DNA from: a virus
IMG/VR virus record: IMGVR_UViG_3300033004_000001
Span: 28,613 to 92,612 of that record
Length of the DNA: 64,000 bases
Strand: one strand, 5' to 3'
A program made the translations under genes and the position numbers. Shown here in pieces: positions 10,062 through 22,194 of the stretch. The notes under the pieces are model-generated. The model searched no databases and was not told the origin of the DNA. It was given only the letters and a program-made list of their open reading frames with translations. Numbering within the stretch: the stretch's first letter is position 1; each line of letters begins with the position of its first letter.

Positions 10062-13000
10062 TAAACAACAGGCTCAACAGGAACCTACTCCATCTTGGGC
10101 ATTACAACGAAATAGACCAACTTATAATACTGTAACAGGAGAATTCTCTCCTGTTAGTTCTTTATTGGATAAAGATGAACATGAAAGAATAAAGAAGATT
10201 CCATTTACTGGAGGTAATGCTGCAACTTATTTAGGTGATGCTGGAGAATCTGTTTATGACAAAAATTTAAGTAGACAGAATATAGATCTTAAAGATGAGT
10301 TTAGAGGACAGAATCAACCTGCTATGGCGAAGCTTGGTGCTGGATTAGCTAAAGCATTGATTACTACTGGGACTACTGCAGCTGATGGAATAATTGGTAC
10401 AGCTGTAGGATTAGGTAATATGGCTGTTGAACAGAAAGGATCTGCATTTTGGGATAATCCATTTACTAATTGGATGAATGATATTAACAATAGTGCAGAA
10501 AAATGGTTTCCAAGTTATTATACAGAACAAGAAAAGAATGCTTCATTCATAGGACAATTAGGTTATGCTAACTTTTGGGGTGATAAATTTCTAAAGAATT
10601 TAGGATTTGTTGCTGGTATGGTTCTAGATGGAGTTATTACTGGTGGTGCTTCAATGGAAGCTTTAGGTGGTAAAGCTATTGCAGCTAAGTTACCAGAGGC
10701 TATAGCAAATGCTGCTTTAAAAGGATCTGAAGCTTTAGCTACTGCTAGTAAAGCTGGTGATATGATAGGATTAACTTCAGAGATAATAAATAATGCTAAA
10801 CAATTAAATAGAATTAACAAGATATCTCAAGGAGTTAGTAGCATATTATCTGCTCAAGGTATGTCTAGATTTATGGCTTTAGATGATGCTAATAGATTCT
10901 ATACTGAAAATTATCAGAAGTTACAACAGCAAATGCAAGATGGTAAGATAGGATTAGAAGATTATAATCTTAAAATGGCATCATTAAAGAAAGCTTCTGA
11001 AGGATATGGTAATGCTGACTTCTTAGCTAATGTAGTTGTATTAGGATTATCTAGTGGAATACAGTTTAAGAATTTATTTACTAAAGGATTTACTCCATCA
11101 GAAACTATTGCTAAAGGAATTGTTGGATCTGTAGAAGCTGGATATACTTATGAACGTCCAGTTATTCAACATGCTGCTAAAATTGCTAAGAATATATTAG
11201 CAGAGTCTGGAATGTTTCAAGAACAATATGCTGCTTCAGTAGCTACTAGTGATTTTTATCAAAAGAAATTTGATGGAAAGAAACAAGATAAGATTGATGA
11301 TATTTATCATTCTATTTATAAAGGGTTAGTTGATGCTTATGGAAGTAGAGAAGGATGGAATCAAGGACTACTTGGATCAGTTATAGGATTAATTGGCGTA
11401 CCTACTATTTCTAGTAAAGGATTAGATTGGGGTGGAGGTATTAGAGGAGATATTAAAGAGGTTAGAGAACAAAACGCAGCTAATCAAGAAGCTGCTAGAC
11501 GTCTTAATGAAGTTCTTAAATCTGATGATTTTAAGAATAATTATCAATCATTAATTAGAAATTTATCATTAGAAGATGAAAAGAATGAAGCTGCAGCTAA
11601 GGGAGATAAGTTTGAAGTTCTTAATAAACAACATGATCAATTTATAAATGATGCTTTACAATTCATTAGGGCTGGAAGATATGAAGACTTTCAAAATAAT
11701 ATTAAATTTATAAGAAATTCTAATGCTGAAGAAGTTAAACAGTTATTTAAAACTAAGACAAATGAAGATGTTACTAGAGAACTGTATGGATTAAAACCTA
11801 AAGCTTTAGAAGGACATGTGTTTGAGAAATATACAGCAGATGAGATAACTGATAAACTTAATGAGAATGCTAATAAGATGCTTTCAAATGCTAAGACTAT
11901 AAAAGATTTATATGACGCATATTCTGTAAAGTATCCTGGAATATCTGAAGATGCTAAAGAGTTATTAATATATACTGCATCTAAGCTAGAAGATATAAAT
12001 GAACGTCTTAATGATATTAATAAAGAATCTATTAATAAATTTGGATTAGATATTAACAATTATATCAAACTTAAGAAAGACGGAAATATAGATTTATCTT
12101 CTGTAGCAGAAGGTATGGAAGAGTATCAAAAGCATTATGATCAAGTAATAAAAGAACAAGAATTATCTGGTAGGTTTAATCCTGTAGATGTTGAAAACTT
12201 TGAAAGAAATTTTCAAGACTTTCCAAAATTAATTATTACTAAAGCAGATTTTATAGATTTATATAGACAGAATATAACTGCTAAAGGGCCAGAGAAAGTA
12301 CAAGAGACTATTAACAAAGCAGATGAAGAAAGAAAGACTGTAGAAGGAACTGCTGTAATTGAACCTATGCCTGATGATTTAGTCACTTATACTAATACTG
12401 ATGGAGAAACTAATGTATATAAAATTAATCAAATTGATGAGAATGATAATGTAACTTTAACTCCTACTGATACTGAAGGTGTACCAACTGGTGAGGCAGA
12501 TATAATAGTTACTAAGAATGATATCAAATTATATCAAAAAGAAGGAAAAGGTAAAGAAGAATTAAGTAAAACTGAACCTGTAAATGAAAGTGAAACTACA
12601 ACGGTTCCAAATAAAGAATTCTATCCTGAACATGGTAGAGGTCTTAGAGATGCATCTGTATCTATATCACATTCTCATTGGGATGGAAAGTTAGGTAAGA
12701 CAGTAATTAGAAATGAAGATTTTGATAAGTATATATCTTCACCAAAGAATGATATAACTAAAGATAAAGTTCAGTTTCGTATTGATACTGGTACTGAAGA
12801 TGAATATAAAAGTAGTTTATGGAGACTTCATAAGAAGATTAAAGCTAAGTTAGACAAAGGAGAAACGTTTACTGAGAAGGAAATTAGTGATATAGTTAAT
12901 TCTAGAAGAACTACTGAAGATAGAGATGAATATAATTCTATAGTTGATACATTACCAATTAAAATAGATTATATTACTAAAGATGGTGAAGTATTTGATA

Positions 13001-16000
13001 AAGGATTGTATTATCATGATAGTAATTTTATTCATCAGAATAAAGCTGGTGAATGGAATATCAGAATTCCTAGAGAGTATAAAACTCCAGAAGCAATTAA
13101 AGACTATGTACAATCAGAAAGAGAAAAAGTAAGACAGAATAGAAAAGTTTTACTAACTGCAATCTTATCTGGAAAAGATGTTATTCTTCATAATATTAAA
13201 AGAATAAGTTCTATTCCAAACAATACTGGAAAGAATAGAAATATTGATGAGGTATTAAGAGAAATAGATCCTGATATAAATACTAATACTATTGGATTAG
13301 GAATAGCTATTGGTAAAGGAAAAGAGAAAGGTATAATATGGACTGGGCATGGTAAAGATAATTTAAAAGGTACTGGAAGCCCTGGTCATGTATTCTTTCA
13401 AACTAATTTAACTAGTGATGGAGAACCAGAAACTATTAAAGCTAATATATCTAAGTTATCTCAAGAACATGCTAATATATTATGGGATGCTATAGTTACT
13501 AGATCTCGTAAAGGTAGTGGAGGTAATCAAGCTATACTACCAAATGAAGATGTACAAGGTCTTACAGTAGGAAATGTAATAAACTTATTAACTGCTTTTG
13601 GTAGAGGTACTGATATTAATCATCCAGATAATGTTGGAAAGAGTCATCTTAAAGATAAACAATTATTTATAGATAATAAACTTAATTTACATTATGGAGA
13701 TAATATAGTAGATCTACATGATGTACTTAAAGGAACTATAGATAGAAATAAGGCTAGAGATAAGTTTGTTAATTGGGCTGTTAATAATAAGAATTATAAT
13801 GTTGCTAAAGAAATTCCAGAGTTAGGAATAGAACTTAATGAACCTATGACTAGAAAATTTAAGTTAGGCTCATGGGTTAGTGATGGAACAGATACATATT
13901 CTGGTAGTCTAATTAAGAATGGATTTGTTCAAACTGATGTAGCTGAATTTGAAAAGTCTGGGTCGTTATTCCATGCTCCAGTTACTATGGTTGATTTAAA
14001 TGAATCAGGATTAGAAATTAAACCTACTCAACCAATTGTAAATAAAGCTAAGAGAGATGCTAAATTAGTTGACACTCAAGCTACTAAACCATCTAATAAA
14101 CCTAAGAATACTGGAACTAAAAAGATTGAAGCTTCAGAGAAACTTGATATTAAACCTAATGATTTAGAAAAGATTAGATCTTTACCAGTTGGAACTGATA
14201 TATATATTACTATACAAGGAACTGCTGGGGAAGGATCAGAAGTTAGAAAAACAGAAGTTCCAAAGTTATTTGTATCGGTAGTAGATAATAAAGGTAAAAA
14301 AGGATTTCAAATTCAGAATCCTAGAGCTAGAACTTATTTTGATATCTCTACGGCTGAATATATGGATGATCCAAATAAGATATTAGAAGTTGGAGATGAA
14401 TCAGTTAAACAATTATCTTCATTAATATCTCAATATAGTAAAGAGGGATTTGATGTTAATATAGATACTTCAAAAGCTATTAAGAAACCTATAGCTAAAG
14501 TTGAATCTAAAGTTGAAGAAGCTTATGAAGAAGCTAAAGAAAAATATGGAGAAGTATTAACTAAATTAGCAGAAGAAACTCCTCCTACTGAAGAAGAACC
14601 AATTGATATTAAATTTACTGGAGATCCATTAAATGATGTAGAAACTGATCCTGAAGGAGCTCCATTTAAAATGGTTTATGATGAATCTCGTAAATATAAA
14701 CCAGCTGAAATAGAAAAAGAAGTTAAATGGTTTCACGATAAGCTTGGTAAAGATATTCCAATTGAATTAAGAGAAGGATTAATTGATGTAGCTAAAGTTG
14801 GAGGTAAGAAAGCATTTGGACAATTAACTAGAGATGGAATTACTTTATCCAAAATAGCAGAAGAAGGGACTGTATATCATGAAGCATTTCATAGAGTATC
14901 CTTACTATATTTAGATCCTATTCAACGTGAAGAGATTTATAAAGAAGCTAGAAGTAAATATCCTGAACTTAGTAAATCTTCTACTGATAGAAGAGTAGAA
15001 GAAAACTTAGCTGAGAAGTTTAAAGATTATATTCAAGATAAAGAGAAGAATCCTGATCATACTTTATTAGGTAAGATTGGAGAATTCTTTCAAAATTTAT
15101 GGAATTTAGTTAAACAAATATTTACTGGACCAACTAGATTAACTAGTTTAGATATAGATAAACTATTTAGTTCTATTCAATCTGGTAAATTTAAATCTTA
15201 TAAACCGTTACAAGAGAACTTAGATAGATTAGGATTTGGTACATATGAATTAGAATATAAAGATAGACAGCTAGATAATGTTATCAACTTTAAAATGATG
15301 AAGTCCTTAATTAGAGGATTATCTAGTATGATAATGGAGCCTGTTAGTTATAAACTATTTAAAGATGAAGCTAGAACTAAGTATTCTAGTATTGATGTAA
15401 AAGATTCTTTATCAGCTATTAACTTTGGTGATCTAAGGAAGAAGATTGAGAAATTAAGAGATGATTATGATAAACATAATAATAGAAACAAGCAGGTAAT
15501 AGACATAATTGAGAAAGGGCAACTAACCCCTGAATTAAGCTCACAGTTGAAAGCAGAGTATGGAGTGGACAATACTACCAGAGTTGCTACAAATGCTCAC
15601 CTTGGGCTTGAAAAGGGCCTTAGACTGGCTTCTTTATATCAGGAGGTACTAGACAACTATGACACTATCTTTAAAGATGAAATTCAGAATTATATCTATA
15701 ACGAACTAGGAGTTAAAAGAATTGATAATGGTGATGAAGACGAAAGAGTAACTAATGCTGAGACAGCAGCACATGATACAGAGGCATATGAAAGGTCTGC
15801 TAAGGACAGTATTTCTAATGCTATTAAGTTTATGTTGCATGGGTTACATGCATCTGGAGATAAGAATCCTGATACTGGATTATGGGAGTTTGTACCATTT
15901 GATGAAATATGGAGTAGATTATCTAATGATTTACATAATAAGACTACCATAGAAGATATGATTAAGAAGCTTGATTCTTCAAATTATTTTCCATATGAAC

Positions 16001-19000
16001 AATTAGCTAAGAAACTAAAAGCTGGTAGTGAGTTATTAAGAACTCAATTCTATACATCTCTTAGAGGACATAGATATAATTTTATTAATGCTATGTTTAA
16101 AGAAGCTGCTGGTAGAAAGAAGGGAGAGTTACCAAACTTTTCAATGTATTTTACAGATGCAGATATTGAAAATTCTGCTAAGAATGCAGTTAGACTTTGG
16201 GGTGATGTATTTGCTATATCTGATTTAGTATCAGAAGGAGCAGTTAATACTAAGAAATTAGAGAAGATAATTAAAGACTTTGATAATATTATTGAAGATT
16301 ATAGAGAGGCTACTAATACTAAAGCTTTAATAAATACTGAAGATTATAAAGATAGATTAGTATCTATTCTTAAAGATATTCATATAGATGTAGATAATAA
16401 GACTATTGATAATCTATTAGGTGATATTATAGATAGTGGTAAAGCTGGTACTGAAGAATTGGCATTAGGACAATTAATAGAAGATAGATTATTTAATGGG
16501 TTATTTTCTACTAATAGTACTCTTTATAAATATGCTACTGGAGCTGATGTTAAATCTAGAGTTACATTAGAACCTAAGACATTATTTAGAAATGAGTCTA
16601 TAGTTACTGATTTATCTAGAGCATTTGCTAAAACTAACTATGAAAATATTTCAGATAATATTTCTGGAGCAGATGGAGGTAATAAACATGTATTTTCTAA
16701 GAATAGTTTAACTACAGATGTAATTCATTATTTAAAAACTGATGATGAATATTTAGATAAACTATTATCAGATGTATCTTCTAAATATTCACATTATCTT
16801 AATCAAATAAAAAATAATCCTAGAGTTAGAAATAGACTTAAAGTTGGAACATTTAATGCTTTGATTAAAGATAATAGTTCTGATTCTGGTAGAGATTATC
16901 TAGATATATCTCCTACTGAAGATTTCTTATATAAACTCAATGCTACTAGATTTGGAACTGGGAATATGATTCTTCCAACAATTGCTGGTAGAAAAACTTA
17001 TTATACTTTAAATGGATTTGATAGAATAGAACTTAAGTATCAGAAATTACCTTCTGGAGAACTTGTTATTCCAGATGATATAATTGATATATTTTATAAG
17101 TATGCTCAAGGAGAAGCTAATAAGATAGAGAAAGCTTGGCAGACTCTTAAGAAGTATAGTAAACTAGATGAAAAAGGTAACGTTATAAAAGGTACTACAG
17201 ATTTTAAAAATCTTGTTGATAACTATCATTATGTTAAAGAAGGGAAGGTTAATAATATAGATAAAGGACAGGCATATAAGTATCAACATATGTTTGAATC
17301 TTTTAATGAAAAAGGATTTGATATAAAGAATGAAGCAGATGTAAGAGATAGAATTAGAAAGATATTACAGAGTGATATAGATGCTACCATTGAATATGCT
17401 AAAGATAATGATATAATAACTTCTACAACTAAAGATAAAAAGGAATTATTAGCTCCTAAGCTTCTTGATAGAGATATGGTATCTGAATTAGCTAATAAGA
17501 GTTATGGAGGAGATATAGATGCAGCTACCAGGTCAATATTAGCTGATTATACTGTTAATACTAAGATATCATCTATTGAGACTATGATGATGTTTATGGG
17601 TGATATATCTTTCTATTTTGATAAAAAGACTGAAGATCCAGCAGTTGATTATGCAAAACGTTTAGCTGTATTAATTTCTACTGGAACTAATTATAGAGAG
17701 ACTATACCAGTTGATTTTGAAAATCCTACATATGGAGTTATTACATTAACTGAACAAAAATTAAATAGTAAATATCTAGATCTTATCACAGATAAGTATA
17801 GGGAAATGTTACTTAAAAAGTATAATAAAGAACAAGCAGAAGAAATATTATCAAAACATCTTAAAGCATATGAAGATATTCAACCAACTGATGCTATGGT
17901 ACTTATTTCTCCTAATATGTATAAAGGAGAATCGCTTCGTTTAGGTGAATGGGGTGATAAAGAAGAAGCTGCTTTTAATATACTTAATTCTGATAAAGAA
18001 TTGTCTCCAGAAGAAGAAGCTATAGCATTAGGAATATCTGAGAAACCATTAAAAGATGTATATTTTGAGAGAGTTAGTTATGATATAGATAATGATAATA
18101 AACTTCTAATTCCTACTTTTGATAAGATGGCTAAATTTACATTAAATAGACGTCTTGTAAAAGGAACTTATTTTGAAGACTTATTAGATAGAATGGAAGC
18201 TGTTGGTAAGTACGAAGGTCTTGAGAAAGTATGTGAAGCTAAATTTACTACTGCAGTTAAAGTTGGAAATAGACAATCAACTGAATACTTTAAGAATCCT
18301 AATACTAATGAACAATCAGTTACTGATTTAACAAATGTTCCAATACGTCAACAAAGTTTTAAATTCTTACGTCGTCAGGTTAATACGGATCCTCATGAAG
18401 AACAAAAAGTTCTCTATGGAACTCAAGCTAAGAAGGTTACACTGCTTAATATATCAAATGATAATGATTATAATTTAGGTGGTAAATCTACAAAAGGGTT
18501 AGACATAAAGAGAAATATTACAAAATCTTTAACTACATTATCAGATAAAGAAACTAATAGACTTCTCGATAAACTTGGTGCAGATTTGAAGACTGGTAAG
18601 ATGGATTCTGATCTATTCTACAATACATTATTAGCTGATGCTAAGACAGCTGGTATGTCATATCCAGTTCAAGAAGCATTACGTAGACATATTCCAATAG
18701 ATTTACTTCCTGAAAAGAAATGGATATTGCAGAGATTTAGCGCAATGGCTAATAAACATGGAATAGATGTCCATTTTCCTGGACAACAGTTAATATTAAT
18801 GTCTGGATATGGATTAGGATTAAAATCAATTCCTGATGAAACTAATAATTTAAGATTCTTATTTGATGAGAAAGGTAAACTTTCAGGATCTGAAGTAAAA
18901 TTACCAGTTCATGTATTTAAAGATGTTATTCCTAACTATGAGAATATGAGTTGGGAACAAAAAGTTGAATGGTTAAAAAAGAATCCTAATATGTTGGAAG

Positions 19001-22000
19001 GAATTGTATCTTATATTCCTAACCAAGGACAGAACCATAATATGGTTGTTAAGGTAAAAGAGTTTCTACCTGAACAAATGGCAGATGTTATTATATTCCC
19101 TAATGAACTTACAACTTTAACTGGAAAAGACTTTGACGTAGATAAAGGATTCTTTGCTAGATACAATTATAAAACTAACAAAGATGGTAAAGTATCTAAA
19201 GTTCCATTTATGACAGATGATAATTCTACTCCTGATCAAAGATACGATAAGTTATTGAATGAAGAATTCTATAATAATAGGTACATATTTACTAAGGAAT
19301 TCTATAGAGATTTACAAGAAGCTAGAGATAACTTATATGGATCATTAGATTATAAGAATAAACTCTTAGGAGATGATAAAGTTAAGTTAGAAACTTTATT
19401 TGACTTAAGAAAGGAATTGTCTAAGAGATTTGATGAAGCATCTGAAAATGAAAAAGCATTCTATCATAAACAACTTTTAACTCTTGATAGTAGAATTGAT
19501 GATGTACTATACTATAATGATCTTATTAAAGAAAATGATGGATTACTAAAAGATTATAAGAGTGTTATAGAAGAAGCTTTAGTTAAGAATAATATATTAC
19601 CTTCTAGAGATGAATTTAAGAAACAACATGCTGAAGGAAAATTAGATTACTTTAAACAGAATACTAAACAAGCTATTCAAAATTATTATTTAGATAATGT
19701 TAAATCTGTATTACTTAATGATAATCATTTCTTATCTACTAGCGCTCCTCTCGGAGCTGTTACAGGACGACTAAAGAAGTTAGAAGAGAAAGTAACTAAA
19801 GCAGAAGAAGCTGGTAAAAAGAGATCTAGAGATTTTACTGGACCAGTTGCTCAAGCAAATTTAAAATATCAATTTGGTAGTGGTGGACAAGGAAAAGCTG
19901 TTTTCTCTTTAAGTAATTCTCATCATGCTATGACTCAATATGCTGATGTATCTTTTAGAAAGGATATAGGAGTTGGAGTTAAAAATGATGATGGAACGTA
20001 TAAGAATAGTTTACATGAACAATATGGTAATGTTGAAAGAGACGGAGAAAGAGTATTAATATCTGACTGGGGATCAGCTTTAATTGATGCTCACGTTGAT
20101 ATAGAAAAAGATCCATTTATCATTAAACTTAATGTAGTTAAGCCTACTTATAATGTAACTTCATTATTAATTAGAACTGGAGTTGGAGAGAAGACATTTG
20201 AATTCTTATCTCAACCAATTCTTAAAGATTTCTCTAAAGCGTCTATTAATGATGATAGTGAAATTACTACAGAACAAGATAAACCTATAGCTGTAGTTAG
20301 AAATAAATGGAATGATTTATATGAAAAATCTCTTAAATCTGAATTTAAAGATGTACAAGAGTCTCGTAGAGAAGATGTTAAGATTAGAACTGAACTTGCT
20401 GAATACAAACCATTAGATGAAGATTTATTAAAGTTATTACAAACTCCTGTTAGAGATTCTAGATGGTATTTTAAACAAATTAAAATATTAGATTTATTTA
20501 ATACTTTAGATAAAGGACCAGCTAAAGAACTAAATAGATTAGTAATGGCTTCTAGAGTTGATACTAAGAAGTATGGTAATAATATGACTGAAATAAAGAT
20601 GTATTTAGATGCTGTCAGAGACTTACATAAAGAAAATATCTTTACTAATCTTGATAAGTTATTACCATATGATTCAGATACAAATACTGCTAAGGATGTA
20701 GAAGATGGAACATTCAACTCTGCATACTTACGTAATGGTCCTCTTCTTGTAAGTAAGTTAATGTCAGATAGAACTATAACTGCTACTCCTACATTCAATA
20801 GTATTATAGATAGACTTGTAACTCTTACTAAAAGTAAATACGCTAGGAATAAAGAAGGATTATTAAATCATATGGCAGATGAAGTTAGTGCTGCATATAT
20901 GTCTAGGTTCTTTACTGATAAGAATTTATTAAACTTAAATAGTAAGAAAGTTGGTTCTATAATGGATAGAGTTACTAAGTTCTTAGAAACTGTTAACACT
21001 AATCCTAATTATAAAGATAAATTAAAAGATAACATTTTAATACAATCTCTTATTAAAGGTAGAGATAGTATGGATGGAATGACATTCTTTGGAATTCCAA
21101 CTATAAAATCAAATGATAATTTTACTAAAGATGATTTAATGTTTGCTTGGCAAGACTTATTACAAAGTGATGATGTAACTTTAAGAAACTTTGGTAAAGA
21201 GTTATTCGTATATTCATTTTATACATCAGGATTAAAGAGAGGATTATTTTCAATATTTCATTATGTTCCACCAGCATTATTAGATGAATTAGATATTAAT
21301 TACGTTGATCCAGAAACTAATGAAAAGAAATCCACTATATTAAGTTATTCAGATTATACTGATGGATTACTAGCACAGGATGTAATGAGTAATACTATAT
21401 ATGAAGGAATAGATAAAGAAGTATTTAAAAATAATTGGCATAATCCTAAATATGTACCTCAATTAAATCCAATTGATGTTCAGAATATAATTCCTAGAAA
21501 ATCTGGAGATCCTGCTGTTGTTACAATATATGGTAGATATACTATTCCTAAGTTACGAATAGGTAATAATATATATGATCAACCTATTTTTAAGCCTTAT
21601 ATTAATTATATAGTTGACGAAAAGACTTCACATTTAATGGAATATATTGGATATCATGATATTGATAAAACTCCAGTATATAAAGTTGTTGGTAAGATGG
21701 GATATTATAATAAAGGGAGAGTTATTAAGGAATATGGATTAGAAGAATCAACTCTTGAAAGAAATAGAATTAAAGAAATTCCAGATGAAACAATGCTTCC
21801 TTTTATAGAGAAAGCTAAGATGTATGAATCATTTATCTATATACCACCAGAAAATAGAGATATAGCTGAGAATAAAAGATCTGAAGAAGAAGTTGAGAAT
21901 AATGATGCTAAAGATAAAGTTACTCCTACTACTGGAGAAGGAACTACTGTTGAAACAGTAAAACTTAAAATGATCACTCCTGATAAGGAGAAAGAAGATT

Positions 22001-22194
22001 TGAAAAGAGAGATATCTGAATCTGAGATTTATTCAGATAAACAGAAAGATGAATTACATAAACTAATAGATGACAAAGATGTTAAATCTCCAGAGGATAT
22101 TAATGATTTGATAAAAATAATTTGTGATAAATATGGATCTCCAAGAGTTAAAATTACTCCAGGAGCTAAGAATAGATTTTCAATTAATGATTAA
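10051..22194 (+). CDS. giant virion RNA polymerase (fused beta/beta'-like domains) with hydrophobic N-terminal region and zincin-like domain
   Basis: 4047 aa; catalytic DFDVD (TGKDFDVDK, nt ~19129-19143); DYAKRL, VKVG, LRRQ, GTQ, IDAHVD..KDP motifs of crAss vRNAP; HEAFH zincin motif at ~14878. Confidence 0.88.
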   Translation: MPNNKQQAQQEPTPSWALQRNRPTYNTVTGEFSPVSSLLDKDEHERIKKIPFTGGNAATYLGDAGESVYDKNLSRQNIDLKDEFRGQNQPAMAKLGAGLAKALITTGTTAADGIIGTAVGLGNMAVEQKGSAFWDNPFTNWMNDINNSAEKWFPSYYTEQEKNASFIGQLGYANFWGDKFLKNLGFVAGMVLDGVITGGASMEALGGKAIAAKLPEAIANAALKGSEALATASKAGDMIGLTSEIINNAKQLNRINKISQGVSSILSAQGMSRFMALDDANRFYTENYQKLQQQMQDGKIGLEDYNLKMASLKKASEGYGNADFLANVVVLGLSSGIQFKNLFTKGFTPSETIAKGIVGSVEAGYTYERPVIQHAAKIAKNILAESGMFQEQYAASVATSDFYQKKFDGKKQDKIDDIYHSIYKGLVDAYGSREGWNQGLLGSVIGLIGVPTISSKGLDWGGGIRGDIKEVREQNAANQEAARRLNEVLKSDDFKNNYQSLIRNLSLEDEKNEAAAKGDKFEVLNKQHDQFINDALQFIRAGRYEDFQNNIKFIRNSNAEEVKQLFKTKTNEDVTRELYGLKPKALEGHVFEKYTADEITDKLNENANKMLSNAKTIKDLYDAYSVKYPGISEDAKELLIYTASKLEDINERLNDINKESINKFGLDINNYIKLKKDGNIDLSSVAEGMEEYQKHYDQVIKEQELSGRFNPVDVENFERNFQDFPKLIITKADFIDLYRQNITAKGPEKVQETINKADEERKTVEGTAVIEPMPDDLVTYTNTDGETNVYKINQIDENDNVTLTPTDTEGVPTGEADIIVTKNDIKLYQKEGKGKEELSKTEPVNESETTTVPNKEFYPEHGRGLRDASVSISHSHWDGKLGKTVIRNEDFDKYISSPKNDITKDKVQFRIDTGTEDEYKSSLWRLHKKIKAKLDKGETFTEKEISDIVNSRRTTEDRDEYNSIVDTLPIKIDYITKDGEVFDKGLYYHDSNFIHQNKAGEWNIRIPREYKTPEAIKDYVQSEREKVRQNRKVLLTAILSGKDVILHNIKRISSIPNNTGKNRNIDEVLREIDPDINTNTIGLGIAIGKGKEKGIIWTGHGKDNLKGTGSPGHVFFQTNLTSDGEPETIKANISKLSQEHANILWDAIVTRSRKGSGGNQAILPNEDVQGLTVGNVINLLTAFGRGTDINHPDNVGKSHLKDKQLFIDNKLNLHYGDNIVDLHDVLKGTIDRNKARDKFVNWAVNNKNYNVAKEIPELGIELNEPMTRKFKLGSWVSDGTDTYSGSLIKNGFVQTDVAEFEKSGSLFHAPVTMVDLNESGLEIKPTQPIVNKAKRDAKLVDTQATKPSNKPKNTGTKKIEASEKLDIKPNDLEKIRSLPVGTDIYITIQGTAGEGSEVRKTEVPKLFVSVVDNKGKKGFQIQNPRARTYFDISTAEYMDDPNKILEVGDESVKQLSSLISQYSKEGFDVNIDTSKAIKKPIAKVESKVEEAYEEAKEKYGEVLTKLAEETPPTEEEPIDIKFTGDPLNDVETDPEGAPFKMVYDESRKYKPAEIEKEVKWFHDKLGKDIPIELREGLIDVAKVGGKKAFGQLTRDGITLSKIAEEGTVYHEAFHRVSLLYLDPIQREEIYKEARSKYPELSKSSTDRRVEENLAEKFKDYIQDKEKNPDHTLLGKIGEFFQNLWNLVKQIFTGPTRLTSLDIDKLFSSIQSGKFKSYKPLQENLDRLGFGTYELEYKDRQLDNVINFKMMKSLIRGLSSMIMEPVSYKLFKDEARTKYSSIDVKDSLSAINFGDLRKKIEKLRDDYDKHNNRNKQVIDIIEKGQLTPELSSQLKAEYGVDNTTRVATNAHLGLEKGLRLASLYQEVLDNYDTIFKDEIQNYIYNELGVKRIDNGDEDERVTNAETAAHDTEAYERSAKDSISNAIKFMLHGLHASGDKNPDTGLWEFVPFDEIWSRLSNDLHNKTTIEDMIKKLDSSNYFPYEQLAKKLKAGSELLRTQFYTSLRGHRYNFINAMFKEAAGRKKGELPNFSMYFTDADIENSAKNAVRLWGDVFAISDLVSEGAVNTKKLEKIIKDFDNIIEDYREATNTKALINTEDYKDRLVSILKDIHIDVDNKTIDNLLGDIIDSGKAGTEELALGQLIEDRLFNGLFSTNSTLYKYATGADVKSRVTLEPKTLFRNESIVTDLSRAFAKTNYENISDNISGADGGNKHVFSKNSLTTDVIHYLKTDDEYLDKLLSDVSSKYSHYLNQIKNNPRVRNRLKVGTFNALIKDNSSDSGRDYLDISPTEDFLYKLNATRFGTGNMILPTIAGRKTYYTLNGFDRIELKYQKLPSGELVIPDDIIDIFYKYAQGEANKIEKAWQTLKKYSKLDEKGNVIKGTTDFKNLVDNYHYVKEGKVNNIDKGQAYKYQHMFESFNEKGFDIKNEADVRDRIRKILQSDIDATIEYAKDNDIITSTTKDKKELLAPKLLDRDMVSELANKSYGGDIDAATRSILADYTVNTKISSIETMMMFMGDISFYFDKKTEDPAVDYAKRLAVLISTGTNYRETIPVDFENPTYGVITLTEQKLNSKYLDLITDKYREMLLKKYNKEQAEEILSKHLKAYEDIQPTDAMVLISPNMYKGESLRLGEWGDKEEAAFNILNSDKELSPEEEAIALGISEKPLKDVYFERVSYDIDNDNKLLIPTFDKMAKFTLNRRLVKGTYFEDLLDRMEAVGKYEGLEKVCEAKFTTAVKVGNRQSTEYFKNPNTNEQSVTDLTNVPIRQQSFKFLRRQVNTDPHEEQKVLYGTQAKKVTLLNISNDNDYNLGGKSTKGLDIKRNITKSLTTLSDKETNRLLDKLGADLKTGKMDSDLFYNTLLADAKTAGMSYPVQEALRRHIPIDLLPEKKWILQRFSAMANKHGIDVHFPGQQLILMSGYGLGLKSIPDETNNLRFLFDEKGKLSGSEVKLPVHVFKDVIPNYENMSWEQKVEWLKKNPNMLEGIVSYIPNQGQNHNMVVKVKEFLPEQMADVIIFPNELTTLTGKDFDVDKGFFARYNYKTNKDGKVSKVPFMTDDNSTPDQRYDKLLNEEFYNNRYIFTKEFYRDLQEARDNLYGSLDYKNKLLGDDKVKLETLFDLRKELSKRFDEASENEKAFYHKQLLTLDSRIDDVLYYNDLIKENDGLLKDYKSVIEEALVKNNILPSRDEFKKQHAEGKLDYFKQNTKQAIQNYYLDNVKSVLLNDNHFLSTSAPLGAVTGRLKKLEEKVTKAEEAGKKRSRDFTGPVAQANLKYQFGSGGQGKAVFSLSNSHHAMTQYADVSFRKDIGVGVKNDDGTYKNSLHEQYGNVERDGERVLISDWGSALIDAHVDIEKDPFIIKLNVVKPTYNVTSLLIRTGVGEKTFEFLSQPILKDFSKASINDDSEITTEQDKPIAVVRNKWNDLYEKSLKSEFKDVQESRREDVKIRTELAEYKPLDEDLLKLLQTPVRDSRWYFKQIKILDLFNTLDKGPAKELNRLVMASRVDTKKYGNNMTEIKMYLDAVRDLHKENIFTNLDKLLPYDSDTNTAKDVEDGTFNSAYLRNGPLLVSKLMSDRTITATPTFNSIIDRLVTLTKSKYARNKEGLLNHMADEVSAAYMSRFFTDKNLLNLNSKKVGSIMDRVTKFLETVNTNPNYKDKLKDNILIQSLIKGRDSMDGMTFFGIPTIKSNDNFTKDDLMFAWQDLLQSDDVTLRNFGKELFVYSFYTSGLKRGLFSIFHYVPPALLDELDINYVDPETNEKKSTILSYSDYTDGLLAQDVMSNTIYEGIDKEVFKNNWHNPKYVPQLNPIDVQNIIPRKSGDPAVVTIYGRYTIPKLRIGNNIYDQPIFKPYINYIVDEKTSHLMEYIGYHDIDKTPVYKVVGKMGYYNKGRVIKEYGLEESTLERNRIKEIPDETMLPFIEKAKMYESFIYIPPENRDIAENKRSEEEVENNDAKDKVTPTTGEGTTVETVKLKMITPDKEKEDLKREISESEIYSDKQKDELHKLIDDKDVKSPEDINDLIKIICDKYGSPRVKITPGAKNRFSIND

